Assembly (NCBI GenBank): GCA_013265495.1
Contig: MU058844.1
Location: forward strand, 9,320,184 to 9,384,183
Length of the DNA stretch: 64,000 bases
Direction: 5' to 3'
Origin: Vicugna vicugna
Lineage: Eukaryota
Shown here: piece by piece, positions 25,706 to 37,635 of the stretch
How positions within the stretch are numbered: position 1 is the stretch's first letter
Layout of the letters: each line of letters starts with the position of its first letter
Position numbers and translations under genes: made by a program
Notes under the pieces: generated by a model
What the model saw: only the letters and a program-made list of their open reading frames with translations
What the model was told of the DNA's origin: nothing
The model's database searches: none

Positions 25706-26533
25706 TATTGCCCTCTACTATATATACCTCCCCTCAAATCATATAGAAATAAGTGTCCTCACAGAGCTCGAATAATTCTCCCACATCCACAATACCCAAA
25801 TACTTTAATAATTACTTATGAAATCTCATTTCTACCCTAATATTAAAAGAAAAAAAATCTCATAACTCATCTGTCAATGTCATGATTCACCTGAGAACTA
25901 CCCAGATGGGAAAGAATTAAAAATGAGCAAATAAGGGAAAGAAGTGAGCATGTGCAGAGAGCTTTAAAGGGCCAGGAGTGCCTGAGGGAGTGACAGGACA
26001 TCTAGGGTCAAAAACAGTTGTGTTCATGGCCAAGAATGTCGGGAAATGAAGCTTGGAAGGATGCTGTGATCAGATTCCAAAGTGTCTTATTCATCACAGG
26101 TGTCCAGATTTTGCTTTCTGAATAACAGTAAACTTAAGGAAAAGATTTTTAAGTGGGGTAGAGAAATATGTTGTTTCTTTGGACGAAAACCCCAGTGTCA
26201 CTTTAGGTGATGCTCTGAGAAGAGCAGCCTGGTTATAGGACAGTTAGGAGACTGCTTCAACAGTACAAGAGCCATAAACAGTGGCTGGACAAAGGTGACT
26301 GCAATGTGGATGGAAAACAAAGGCTACTGAGAATATAAGCACATTCTTAGAGATTTGTTAACCTCTCCCTGTAAAATAAGTATCTTCTGGTACTGTAAAA
26401 TATAAATGGAAGGGATAAAAACACTTTAAATGTATGAACACACCTATGTTTATTTCCAGTGTGCACCAAAAGTATAGTAACATGTCAATGAATCAAGAGA
26501 ACTAAGGTTATTCAATGAGAACATATGCCATTT

Positions 26534-26783
26534 AAATAATTTCTGTATGATTTCCAAATAGCATATATAGAAAGTTTATGATATTACCTGCTCCAGGACT
26601 TCTTTATAGGTAATAGTGGCTTTAGTATCTGTTGCAGGACTGTCATAAATGATAGCAAAAATAATTTCTGTATGATTTCCAAATAGCATATATAGAAAGT
26701 TTATGATATTACCTGCTCCAGGACTTCTTTATAGGTAATAGTGGCTTTAGTATCTGTGACAGGACTGTCATAAATGATAGCAA
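26534..26783. repeat. 125-bp tandem duplication (2 copies) spanning the exon 2 / intron 2 junction
   Basis: 26534-26658 and 26659-26783 are identical apart from two adjacent bases (atctgtTGcaggac vs atctgtGAcaggac). Confidence 0.97.
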
Positions 26784-26857
26784 TCTTATCTCCTTTACCA
26801 TTTTCAATATGACGATCGATGGCATTGTAACAAATGTTAAGCATCCCTTCAACAAAC
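26713..26857 (-). CDS. ACSS3: ACSS3 coding exon 2
   Basis: Acceptor TTTTTCAG|G completes the Trp codon split by intron 1. Encodes (W)FVEGMLNICYNAIDRHIENGKGDKIAIIYDSPVTDTKATITYKEVLEQ, an acetyl-CoA synthetase N-terminal signature. Donor CAG|GTAATA; 145 nt. Confidence 0.96.
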
Positions 26858-28800
26858 CTGAAAAATAATTGGAAAGTAAACGTTAGCAACTCCTTTCAAA
26901 ATATATTGTTGCTTAACTAGGTTCTTATTGTTCTACTTTGGCAGAGCTGCCCTTAAAAACAGTGTTGCCCGGAGCATGTTCTACCAGGTAATTATGGCCG
27001 TAAACTATTTAAGAAGGTAGAAATGACAACTTAATTTTAATAAATATCTATTTATTTTCATGAGCGCAAGAAGAAAATATACCTTGCACTTCAAGGTGAC
27101 AATTTTTTTGGATTTTATTACTGAGGATGAAATTAGAGCATACAGCACCAAAGAATCTACTTTACATGGATGGAATGAATTGCACAGAAGTGCAGCACAG
27201 ACGCATTAAGCCAGGAGGGCAAACGGTAGATGCATGACTGAAGTCTGAGTACCTGCTGTAAAAAGACAAACTTACTGAAAAAATCACTTCTTTTTTGAAA
27301 GATATATATATGTCTTATTTGTCTGTTTCAATTAAATATGATGCCTCCAATTTCACAAGGAATAGATAAGTTTTATTCTGCATGTTTGAAATGCTTCATA
27401 ATTTGAGTAAAGAATCAACCTGCACATAAAATGTTAATAAAGTTTAAAAACTGTTCAATTCAGTACTCTTTATCTCCTAATTTCTGAATGCATCCCTTTG
27501 AAAATAAAAAACATAATGTAGATAGATGGAGATCATCTTTAAGAAAATTATAGCTCATTTTCCTGAAAGAAAAAGTTTTGAATTTGCCACTTTTCTTTAG
27601 GAGGAGGGTATTAGATAAAAAATACCATTTGTCTCAATGTCAGACTAGCAAATATTATAACATTTCAAAATAACAGGAAGAAAATATTGAAGCAATAAGA
27701 AAAAGTCCTGCTAAACAGCTGAGTATCACCTTCAGGTCTTTACTCAAAGAGCCTTGTGTGAAATGAAGCAGGGAATTAAGAACACCTATAGATACAAATG
27801 GAAGCATTAAGAAATAATAGATACAGAAGGCAGCAGGAGGAAGGATTAATTAACCAGCATCAAATGACCTTATACACTCCACTAACAGAAAATATGATGA
27901 CTTCACAGTCCAGCACAGTAAGTAATTAATATAAAAATTCTGAATTGCCAAGTGCGATAGATTCAATGTTTATTCAAAATCACTGTCTTTTCCCCTCACC
28001 TCTACTTCTATTAAAAATATTTTGTCTCTTCCTCTTGCCTCCATCTCTATCAGTGGAGAATACTTCCCTTGATATGGGGGTCATCCATGTGACTCGCTTT
28101 GGCTAATCAGCAGACGATGCGTGCACCTGTTTGAAAGCTCTTAGCGCGATTGGGCTTGCTCTCCTGCACCTCCACTTTCTCCAGGAGAGGAGACCCCAGA
28201 AATGACTGCCGCCTCCTCCTCAGCCTGGTGCCCAGACAGATATTTGCAGGTGGGAGCAGAGCCCAAAAGAAACAAGGAGCCCAACCTAGCCAGAGAGATG
28301 TCTTAGAGCAACTGTTTCAGCCATTCCCATCCCAGATCAGCTGATTCCATGACAACCTACAGATTAATCGATTAATAAATATCTCATGATTTGGAGATTT
28401 TTATGGTAACTTGAAATGCAACATAAATGTGGCCATAAGTAACTAATATGCCAAGAAAAATGTAAATCTGACACAACATTTTGGCAGAAATAGGAAAGAC
28501 ATTTCATAGAATTTCCCCACAAAATATTTACTCGCATTTTGTTTTTCGGTTATGATTTTGCTGTTTCTGAAAAGAACACATTTGAGACACATGGAAGACT
28601 GACTCATCGGAGCACTTCCTGATGATATCATTACACTCTTTATCTGTAATGCCTACTGTACACTCCTTGTGCTCAATATTTCATTATGCCCCTAACACTT
28701 CACCAAAAAAAATCCCTCTTAATTCCAAACATTCATGGAGGACTCACGTTATCATTTGCCTGATTGTTCTCCAACTTCCTACTTGTTCCTTCTAAGTGTC

Positions 28801-29193
28801 TATTGAAGGAGGTTACATAGAGAATGTGACCCCAGGTTGACCAGCGAGCTAGACAGGCAGTAGGAGGCTCCCCACTGCCCCTCCTGTCCTTGGAAAGTGT
28901 GTCCCACCTACTGTCCCCACACTAGTAGTTGTTTCAAGGACATAATCTTGAGAAAGCAATGTGTTGTTGAGACCACCTGGACTGAATACCTGACTGAATC
29001 CAGTTAAGGCCCCTACTTTTAAGATGCTGGTAGGTGAGTGCGGAGATCTGCTCATCCTGTGGCCAACCAAGACATGCCTCATATGCAAGCTTCCTTGCTT
29101 ATTAAACCTGCCACCTGCCATTCTGGAGGGGCCCACCTCTCTCTTTGGTCTCTCCTTGCCCTCCATGAATGGGAGCCAGTTTGCAAACCAACA
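28801..29193 (+). mobile_element. Solo ERV LTR (about 390 bp)
   Basis: GC-richer block with LTR layout: ATTAAA poly(A) signal at 29101, U5-like pyrimidine tract and CA terminus. The TSD is not cleanly recognisable. Confidence 0.65.
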
Positions 29194-29209
29194 ACATCTT
29201 TCAGGAAAT

Positions 29210-29900
29210 CTTCCTTTGTCAAATCTTTAATAGACAGTGATTCTTAACATTCTATTTCCATCGCTTAGCTCACTCTGCATATGTTCCCTGGGTGATCTCA
29301 ACACTTCTGTGATGTCAACCTCCATCTTTAGCTCCAGCTCTGATCTCCTTTCTGAACTCCATACCCTTATAGCCAATAGCCTGTTAAACATCTCTACTTG
29401 GAAATAATGTATGTCCAAATTTATAATCATTTTCACCCCACCTCCAACCCACAGCCCCATCCCAACTGCAAACTCGCTCCTCCTCCTGTATTCCATATTT
29501 CAAGGGACCACCTTGCACCCAGGGCAAGGTTTAGAAACTCAAAAGTTTGATTCCTTCTTTATCTACATTTATTCAATTAGATGTAATGTCACATCTGTCT
29601 CTGTAATTGTTCAGTTCTCGCATTAATAATCTGGATTACAATTACTACTTCCTAATCAATTTCCTTGCCCTAGGCCTTACCCTATCCTCTCAAGTCATAT
29701 TCCTAAGCTACTAGAATGTCTTTCCTCAAAGTAAGTATTATCACATCAAATGGTGCTCAAACTCATTTAATACCTTTCCATAAAGTGCAGGAAAAAAGCT
29801 ATGTATCTTTAGATGACATGCAATACCCATTCATCTATTCAGCTTCATTTTCCCTCATCCAGCTTCCCACACTCCAGCTATACTGAATTACAAAATGTGC
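29210..29900. mobile_element. L2 LINE fragment (resumes at about 30625-30800 after an LTR insertion)
   Basis: L2 motifs ctccagctctgatctcctttctgaactcca...acatctctacttgg; L2 terminus ggcattcaataaatatttgataaatgaa near 30775-30800. Confidence 0.7.
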
Positions 29901-29991
29901 AATTCCTTAAATTCAGTTAGCTGTTGCTTCTGTGTCTGTCCTTCTCCTTTACCACCACCCTCCCCCAAGTAGTTCCAAAGCCCTGTGCACA

Positions 29992-30623
29992 TGTCACCGT
30001 CAAACCCAAGTTAGGGTGCCCAATGCACAGTGAAGCCAACAAACCTAAACGTCAGAGTTGGAGCAGAGAAAGGTTTATTGCAAGAGCCATGTAAGGAGAA
30101 TGGGTGGCTCATGCTCAAAAAGACCCAAACTCCACGACGGGTTTCAGGGAAGAGTTTTTAAGGGGAAGGTGAGGGAGAGGAGCAGCAGGGTGTGTGATCA
30201 GCTCATGCACCAGTTAATGGTGAGGTAACAGAGCAGTGTCACAGGAGTCAACACTATCAATCCTCAGGCTCCAGTAGGTCTGGGGACTATGTACTTATGG
30301 TTGTCAAGTAGTTAACTTCTTCCATTTGGTTGGGGTTTTAGTATCTAAAACAACTCAGGAATGTCCATTAGATACTGTTATCAATATACTTCAGGGAGGA
30401 ACTAAAGATTCTGTGACTGCCCTCTAGCTGCACTGTTTAAATTATTACCAACTCTCCTGGTCCAGCTGCTACTTTTGTCACTACATGTTTACATCCTTTC
30501 AATCACTAATTCTTGAGCTAGATTTTTATAACTCAGGGAAGGCCTGGGAGACTATAGCTTTTCTACAAACAAGACACAGGCAGAAGACATGGGGAAGGCT
30601 CCACAGGATGCTGCATGATTACA
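29992..30623 (-). mobile_element. Solo ERV LTR (about 630 bp) inserted in L2
   Basis: TG...CA termini; TTTATT (AATAAA on minus) at about 30074 in ggagcagagaaaggtttattgca; interrupts the flanking L2 sequence. Confidence 0.7.
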
Positions 30624-32093
30624 GTATCACTACGATAGTACTTCTCATATTGCATTAATAACTGGTCCACTTATTTAAATGTTTCCTTCATTATACTGCA
30701 CCCTACCTGAGAGCAGAGACTGTTAGATTTTCCTTGTAGAATGAGGATCAGTTATAGCTCTTGTCATATATTAGGCATTCAATAAATATTTGATAAATGA
30801 AGGAACAAAAATACTAGTAAATTTTCAACAAGCATTGTATTTAGGATCCAGGTATACTTGCGAGGGTAGTTTTTAACTATTTTATTTTAAAATTGAGGGA
30901 CTAGAGACTTTAAAAAATAATGCTCGGGACATTTGACTAAGAAATGGAGAAAGCCATACCTGCAACCCAAGTCTGCAGACATCCAGACTGGTGCCCTAGT
31001 CCACAATACCATATTCATTCATTCGTTTATAAATAATATATTTTTTCTATCCTCAAGTTAACTGATTCTTTTTTGGTTTTCATTCTGCTGTTGAACACAT
31101 TTAGTGAGTTTTTATTTTAGTAATTGTATTTTTCAGTTCTAAAATTGCCATTTGGTTTTTCTTTATATCTTTATTTCTTTGCTGAATATTTCTTTATTGA
31201 GACTTTAAAAAAATGTTTCAAATGTGTTTAAAGTTGCTTGTTGAAACATTTTTATGATGGCTGCTTTAAAATCCTGATAGCTTCAGTCTCTGTGTCGTCT
31301 CAGGGGCATCTATGGAGCGCTTTTCTCATTCAAGGTGAGATTGTCCTGGTTCTTGATATGACAAGTGATTCTCCTTTGTATCCTGGACTTTGTAGGTATT
31401 TTATTATGAGATTCTGGAGCTTATTTAATGATTCTATTCAAATCTTCTGTTTTAGCAGCTTTTCTCTGATACTTTGCCAGTGGGACAACTCATTACTGCC
31501 AAGTTCAGGAGTAAGTTCCAGCTACCCATTAGCCCTCTGCTGACACTCATGTGGGTGAGGGGTATCTCATTAGTGCTGGGCTAGGGCCAAAGTTCAGGAT
31601 CTCACTAGGCTTCCATGACACCGCCCCAAATGAGAAGGAGGAACAGCACCTCATTATGACTCCTTACATGAACTCCACTGACACTGCTAGGTGCAAGGGC
31701 CTCCTTACCTCTTTATCTTAGCTGGAATGAAAGCTCTGACTCCACCTTCTCTGACACCACAAAGAGGGGTGGCAATGTTTAGGGCAACTTGTTACAGCCT
31801 GGCAAGAGTAGAAGTCTAGATTCTCCACCACCAGAATGGAGAATCAAACTCTACCTTAATACTGGTGAGAATGGAATTGGGGCCAAGGAGTTTTCTGTGG
31901 TGTTTGACTGGATTAGGGTGCTTACTGTCCAAAAATGTTCTATCCTGGCACGCTGCCCCACCCCCCTTTTTTGAGAGAGGTCCAAAGAGAAGCTTTTGTT
32001 GGGACTTCTCTTTTTCCTGTACCCACTGATGTTTCTGAGTTGCCAGCTTCTCCAGGACTCAGTCTAGGATATATAATGCAAAAAAGAAAATCC

Positions 32094-32245
32094 GGGAGGG
32101 TATATAGGTCAAGTGGTAAAGTGCATGCTTAGCATGCAAAAGGTCCTAGGTTCAATCCCCAGCACCTCCTGTAAAAATAAATAAATAAATAGACCTAATT
32201 ACCCCCCCATGAAATTAAAAAAGAAACATTTAAAAAAAGGATCAT
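32094..32245 (+). mobile_element. tRNA-Ala-derived SINE (camelid Vic-1-like), more diverged copy
   Basis: GTGCATGCTTAGCATGC...GGTTCAATCCCCAGCACCTCC head and CCTAATTACC tail; 14-bp TSD AAAAAAGAAAATCC at 32080-32093 and 32246-32259. Confidence 0.9.
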
Positions 32246-32278
32246 AAAAAAGAAAATCCAATGAACTCAGTACCATAT

Positions 32279-32844
32279 TGTTAACGAAAAACTGTCCTCT
32301 GAACCCTGATACCAAATTGAGACTAGAAGGCAGAGTTTTGGGAGAATTAGAAAAGGACAGCTTTATTGTTTTGCCAGGCAAGGGGCGGGTCACAGCAGGC
32401 TAATGCCCTAGAGACTGTGAATCCCTCTGGGGGTTGGTGCCCTGAGGTTTTATAGAAAAACCAGATAGAATAGAAAGGCGACAACAATCAGGATATATTC
32501 CAGGGTACTATATTGTTCTTAATCTTGATGAATCCACCCAGCATCACAGAGAAACTCCAGAAGGTCTGTTCATTCTTCTGAGGCTATCAGCCCATGACCA
32601 TCTTCCTGGAGCACAGCTTTTGGATTAAAGAATAAGCTATTCTGGGTAAAGAATGTATAGGGAGTGGAGAGGGTAATGGAAAGGTAGGGGGCTGTTTAGT
32701 GAAAAAAAAAAAAGGGAAGGTTGGGAGCAAGTGAAGCAAAGGTGGGGGTTTGTCAGAGAAAAGAGAAAAACAAGTTGCAAGAATTTTAGGTCAGAATGAA
32801 TCAGCAAACAGCTTTAGCACCAGGGAAGCCATTTAGTTAGTTTC
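32279..32844 (-). mobile_element. Solo ERV LTR (about 565 bp)
   Basis: Starts TGTTAACGAA; TTTATT poly(A) signal on minus in gaaaaggacagctttattgttttgccaggcaagggg; ends ttagtttc. The right boundary is uncertain. Confidence 0.65.
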
Positions 32845-33099
32845 CTATTCTTTTAATGTCATTTCTCATGTTCCAAAGTTTCTAGCTGATTTGGTTTCTT
32901 CTCTCTTCCTTTCAGAGTCTTCTTAAGCTTATTATACATATTATATCCTAGGTTTTGGGCTGTATTTAACAGGATGAATAAGGAAGTGCATTTTACCCAT
33001 CTTATCCTGAAACTAGAAGTCTCTAAGTAATATTACTTGATCCCTTATTCTAGACCAATATTTCATGTGTATGAATTCCCCTAATCAAAAAATTACCCT

Positions 33100-33866
33100 G
33101 GGAACCTTCATGCACTGTTGATGGGAATGTAAGTTGGTTGCAGCCACTATACAAAACACTATGGAAGTTACTCAAAAAATTAAAAACAGAACTATCATAC
33201 AATCCAGCAATTCTACTTCTGGGTGTTTACTTGAAGACAATAAAAACACTAATTCAAAAAGATACATGGACCCCTATGTTAACTGCAGCATTATTTACAT
33301 TAGCCAAGATGTGGAAGCAACCTAAATGTCCATCAATAGGTGAGCAGATAAAGAAGATGCGGGTATATACACAATGGAATATTACTCAAGCATAAAAAAG
33401 GAAATTGTGCCATTTGGGTCAACATGGATGGACTCAGAGTAGATTATACTAAATGAAATAAGTTAGGCAGAGAAAGATAAACACCATATGTTCTCACTTA
33501 CATATGGAATCTACAAAACAAAACAAATAAACCAACAAAACAGAAACAGACAAACAGATACAGAGAAAAAACTGGTAGTTGCCAGAGGGAACGGGTTGGG
33601 GGTTGGGCAAAATAGGTGGAGTGTATTAAGAGATACAAACTTCCAGTTATAAAATAAACAAGTCACAAGGATATAGTATACAGCCTAAGAATCTAATATA
33701 GTTAATAATACTGTAGTAATTTAGTATGGTGACAAGGCTACAAGTTACTAGGCTTATCACAGTGATCATTTCATAATGTATTTGACTGTCAGATCACTGA
33801 GTTGGACACCTGAAACTAACATAATATTGTGCATCAATTATATTTAAATAAAATTAAAAAAAAAAA
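33100..33866 (+). mobile_element. 5'-truncated L1 (ORF2 C-terminus, 3' UTR and poly-A)
   Basis: QPLYKTLWKLLKKLKTELSYNPAILLLGVY...AALFTLAKMWKQPKCPS is the L1 ORF2p C-terminal segment; ends AATAAAATT plus an A tail. Confidence 0.95.
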
Positions 33867-36231
33867 CCCTACTCTAGGTTTGTACTATTGTAAATCCCAT
33901 TTTGCATATGAGGAGACTCATCTGACAGTAACTTGCTCAAGGCAGCCTATAATATAACCAAGCCAGTAAACATCAAACAACACTACCTCTACAGGCAACA
34001 CTCAAAGAACTTTAGATGTTTTTTCAATTGTTTGCAAATTTGGGGTGGTTTAATATTTAAATTACTAGCTCCTAGCATTTTCTTTTTAATGCATGCTCTT
34101 AAAGAAATTTAAAGAATTTTAAGGGTATCCTTTGGGACAATAAGAAGGAAATTCAGAGGGAAGGGCCTGCAAGCAATGCTAAGCAAGAAGCATTGCAGGA
34201 AGTAACTGATTGGCATGGTTCCAGAGGTGGTTACAGGTTATGAATATACCGCTATAAATTGACTGAAATTAAAGACTGAACTACAGGACTTAAAGTCCTG
34301 TAGATGGCAGGACTAAGTGACCTGCAAAGGGCCTCCCAGCTCGAAGATTTGATTATTCTACTATGACAAGATTCTTATTTCATTTTTAATCAAATCATTT
34401 CAGTAAAGGTCAATTAAATGCCTTCTATATGCTGTCTCTTCACTGCCCCTTCTAAATTCACGAACAGGTTTTAAATGGTTTGTCTCCCCAGGTTATTAAA
34501 ATAACTAATGCTCACTATAGAAAACTGAGAAAATATACTTTGGAGTATTTTCTTTTATTTTTATAATATGTAAATATTTTGCCTTTATATTTTAGGGTAC
34601 ATTATGAGTTTTCTCTAAGGACCTGAAAAATTCTCAAAAAACATGTATAATGATGGCATAATATGCCACTGAAAAGCTATTCAATAATAGCTTCTACAAC
34701 ACTATTAAAGCACAAAGTTATCCTGCATTGTTGCAAATTGCTTTTCACAATATTGTCATCATTTTAAATGATTCTGGGATAATGTTTCTTGCAGAGAAAT
34801 ATTGGTCACATTGGTTTTTTATTATTACAATTGAGAGCAAGATTCATACAATCAAACATACACACACACCAAATAATTAAATTGCTTTCTGGAAATATTG
34901 AATCAATTTATATTACCATCAGCATTACCTGAAAATCCATTTTATCCACACTCCTCTAAACACAGATTACTCTCAATCTTCTTCAATTTTAGAAGTGAAA
35001 AATAGTTTTAATTTTGGTTTATTTGATTACTAGTATTAAATACAACATCTGACCAATTTTTAAAAGTTCTTTATGTAAGACATTGAACTTAAATCTGACA
35101 TGGTTACAAATTATTTTCTCAGTTTATTCACTAATTTTAATTCATGGTATTTCCTGACATAAAGATCTTTTGAATTTGTACATAGTCAAATAAGCTCTTC
35201 ATTTTCTTTTGTAACTTTTTCCTCTAAGATAATTCATACTACTCTCTTCGGGCTTCAATTTTTTATATTAATGCCTTAAATGTGCCAATAATTTATTCAT
35301 ATATGCATAAAATCTGAATGTAATATATGTTATATATTATATATTGCAATTATATGATATGTATGTGTATGTATATATATTACGTATTGTATGATATATG
35401 TGTGTATATACATATTATGATGTAGCAGTACAATCATGTTCATTTACTTAACAGTAGTCAATTTTCCAAGCGTTATTTTCTGACCAGTCCTCACTGTTCA
35501 CCTTCATTTGTGATGCTCCATCCTTCCTATATGTATTAGTATTATACATAAAGAAAGACGTACATCAGCATCGTCGTCAGGGCTATATAACTTCCAGCTA
35601 TAACCACTCGAATTTTCTGCCAGTAGAGTCTTTGAATAGCTCTTTTTAAACTCAGTCGGCTTTTAGTTCTGTTGAAGAAAGGAAATAACTTCATATTCTT
35701 TATCCTACCCCATTCCTGTACCAAATTCCTTCTACAGAAAATTACGAGCAACCTGAATGTACCCCATAGGCCACCTGAATAACAGAAAACTATAAAACTG
35801 AAACAAAACTGATAGCAATATGGAACCACAGAAAATGGTGCTACCACCAGATCAGAACAGTGGCAAAAGTTTTTAATATATAAAATGGATAGGAGCAGGG
35901 CCACTGCTAAAACCAGAAATCATAAAAATCATCCAGTAATCTTTGGTAGATCCAAGGGTACTGATACTGAAAAACTCCGTGACACTTTATATACTGTTAA
36001 GTTAAAGAATAGGTGGAAAAGGTGTAGAGAAATTTAAAGAACCATACCACAGAATACTCTATGTTCATGAGGAACCTATAAACCCTAAACAGGAAATACA
36101 AAGGCTCACCAAAAAAATGCTCTCAATAAAACTCTGCAATAACTTCCAGATCAGAGACAGGTAGGAATAAAGAATAGACCATGGGTGGATGGATAATTAA
36201 TTTAGATGGATAATTAAGACATAAGTCTTAA

Positions 36232-36257
36232 ACACACACACACACACACACACACAT
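36232..36257. repeat. (AC)n microsatellite
   Basis: About 12-13 uninterrupted AC units. Confidence 0.9.
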
Positions 36258-37269
36258 CATGCAAAAGTTTAACTGCCTATAGTCTGACTTTCTGAAATAA
36301 GTAGAATTTCTGCACGGATGACTGTCCTGAAGGTTTAAGACCTACAGAACAGAAGCAAATTCTATGTAACTTCCAGGAGGTCTAGAAACCCTACACACCA
36401 CTGCCACCTGGAAATCCCCTTTATCCCTCAAACAACTGAGGGAAGACTCCAGCAAGCAAAATCTGTGTTCACTGACAAGTGAACAAGGATCCTTGCTTGG
36501 ATCTTGAAACGTACTCTACTCAGCTACTTGCCGTATCCTGAAACTCAAATGAGCATGTGTGTAAAGATACAATACAATTTTGGTGAGAGTGAAAAGAAAC
36601 CAGCATTTTCATATAATGTTGACAAGCAAATAAATTAGTTTAGCAATTTAGGAGGAGATATATATATATATATATCTCCAAAATGTACTTTTAACTTAGC
36701 TAAAGAAAGTTGCTTATGTATTTATCTCTGTGTTGTATAAAAGGACAAGAAGGAGTCTAGAAAAATGGATCAGAAAATATTAATAGTGGTAAACTCCGGG
36801 TGAGAGAAAGTAAGGGGACAGTATGGAGAAGGGATGGTCTATATTCTTATATGATAAACCCTTCCTGTGTTATTTGATTTGTATGAGCATAATTTATATA
36901 TTGAATGGACAATTTAAATATATTTAAATAACACTAAATTTTAGCAAGTCTAGATGGCTTGGCTCATGATCTAAATCATCAACTCCATAATCAGTATAAC
37001 TGGTCAGTATAATGACTACTAGCAAAAAGTATTGTAATTTAATAAAATCATCTTTTTTTTAAATATTCTTCTGATACTTCTGGTAAAAAAGAAGCATTTC
37101 TTATACTTGGGATACATCTAAACTCACTTTCAAGAAACTAAAATTTGGGCTATAAAAAAATTTGTTCTCCTTTTTATTTTTCTCACCAGAATCAACCTTA
37201 AGTAGCTGAATGGTCAATAACAAACAGCTACAGAGAACCATCATATCACATATAGAGATCTGCTATAAA

Positions 37270-37635
37270 TTTGTGGTCATCGTTCCTATGATTTTAGTTG
37301 TCCTCATTTCGGGCAGTTGTAAGGCTGCACTTTCACACCCACTAGAAATGAGGTGTGGCCATGTGGCTTGATATGACCCATGACATGGAAAGAGAAGTAA
37401 TGCAAGGAGTCTTTGGCAGCAAATGCAGGCTGACCACTTCTCCCTGCACCAAGGACATTACACGTGGCAACGGCACTTGCAGCTTATGTCCTTGAGTGAG
37501 GATAATGACATGGAGTAAATCTCCTGGGTAACCCAAGATAAACTTGAAGCATGAGTGAGACACGCTGGGCTATATTAAAACAGGAAGATTTGAGGGTTGT
37601 TTATTTCTGCAGCATAACCTAATTTATCCTGATAC
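37270..37635. mobile_element. Degraded MaLR (MLT1H/I-type) LTR
   Basis: TGTGG start; gtggccatgtggcttg; 3' end gatttgagggttgtttatttctgcagcataacctaatttatcctgataca typical of MLT1. Confidence 0.7.

Larger units (their letters stand above)
31040..33020 (-). mobile_element. Old L1 5'/ORF1-region remnant, interrupted by a SINE and an LTR
   Basis: T-rich L1M ORF1-type antisense motif (cattctgctgttgaac...gtatttttcagttctaaaattgccatttggttt); boundaries approximate. Confidence 0.55.

Noticed and set aside
26534..26783. CRISPR-like or other prokaryotic repeat array
   Set aside because: Only two adjacent copies, no spacers and no cas genes. The window is a spliced mammalian locus.
35542..35904. 120-aa minus-strand ORF, considered as a processed pseudogene fragment
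   Set aside because: No recognisable protein similarity in the frames I read, and no poly-A tail or TSD.
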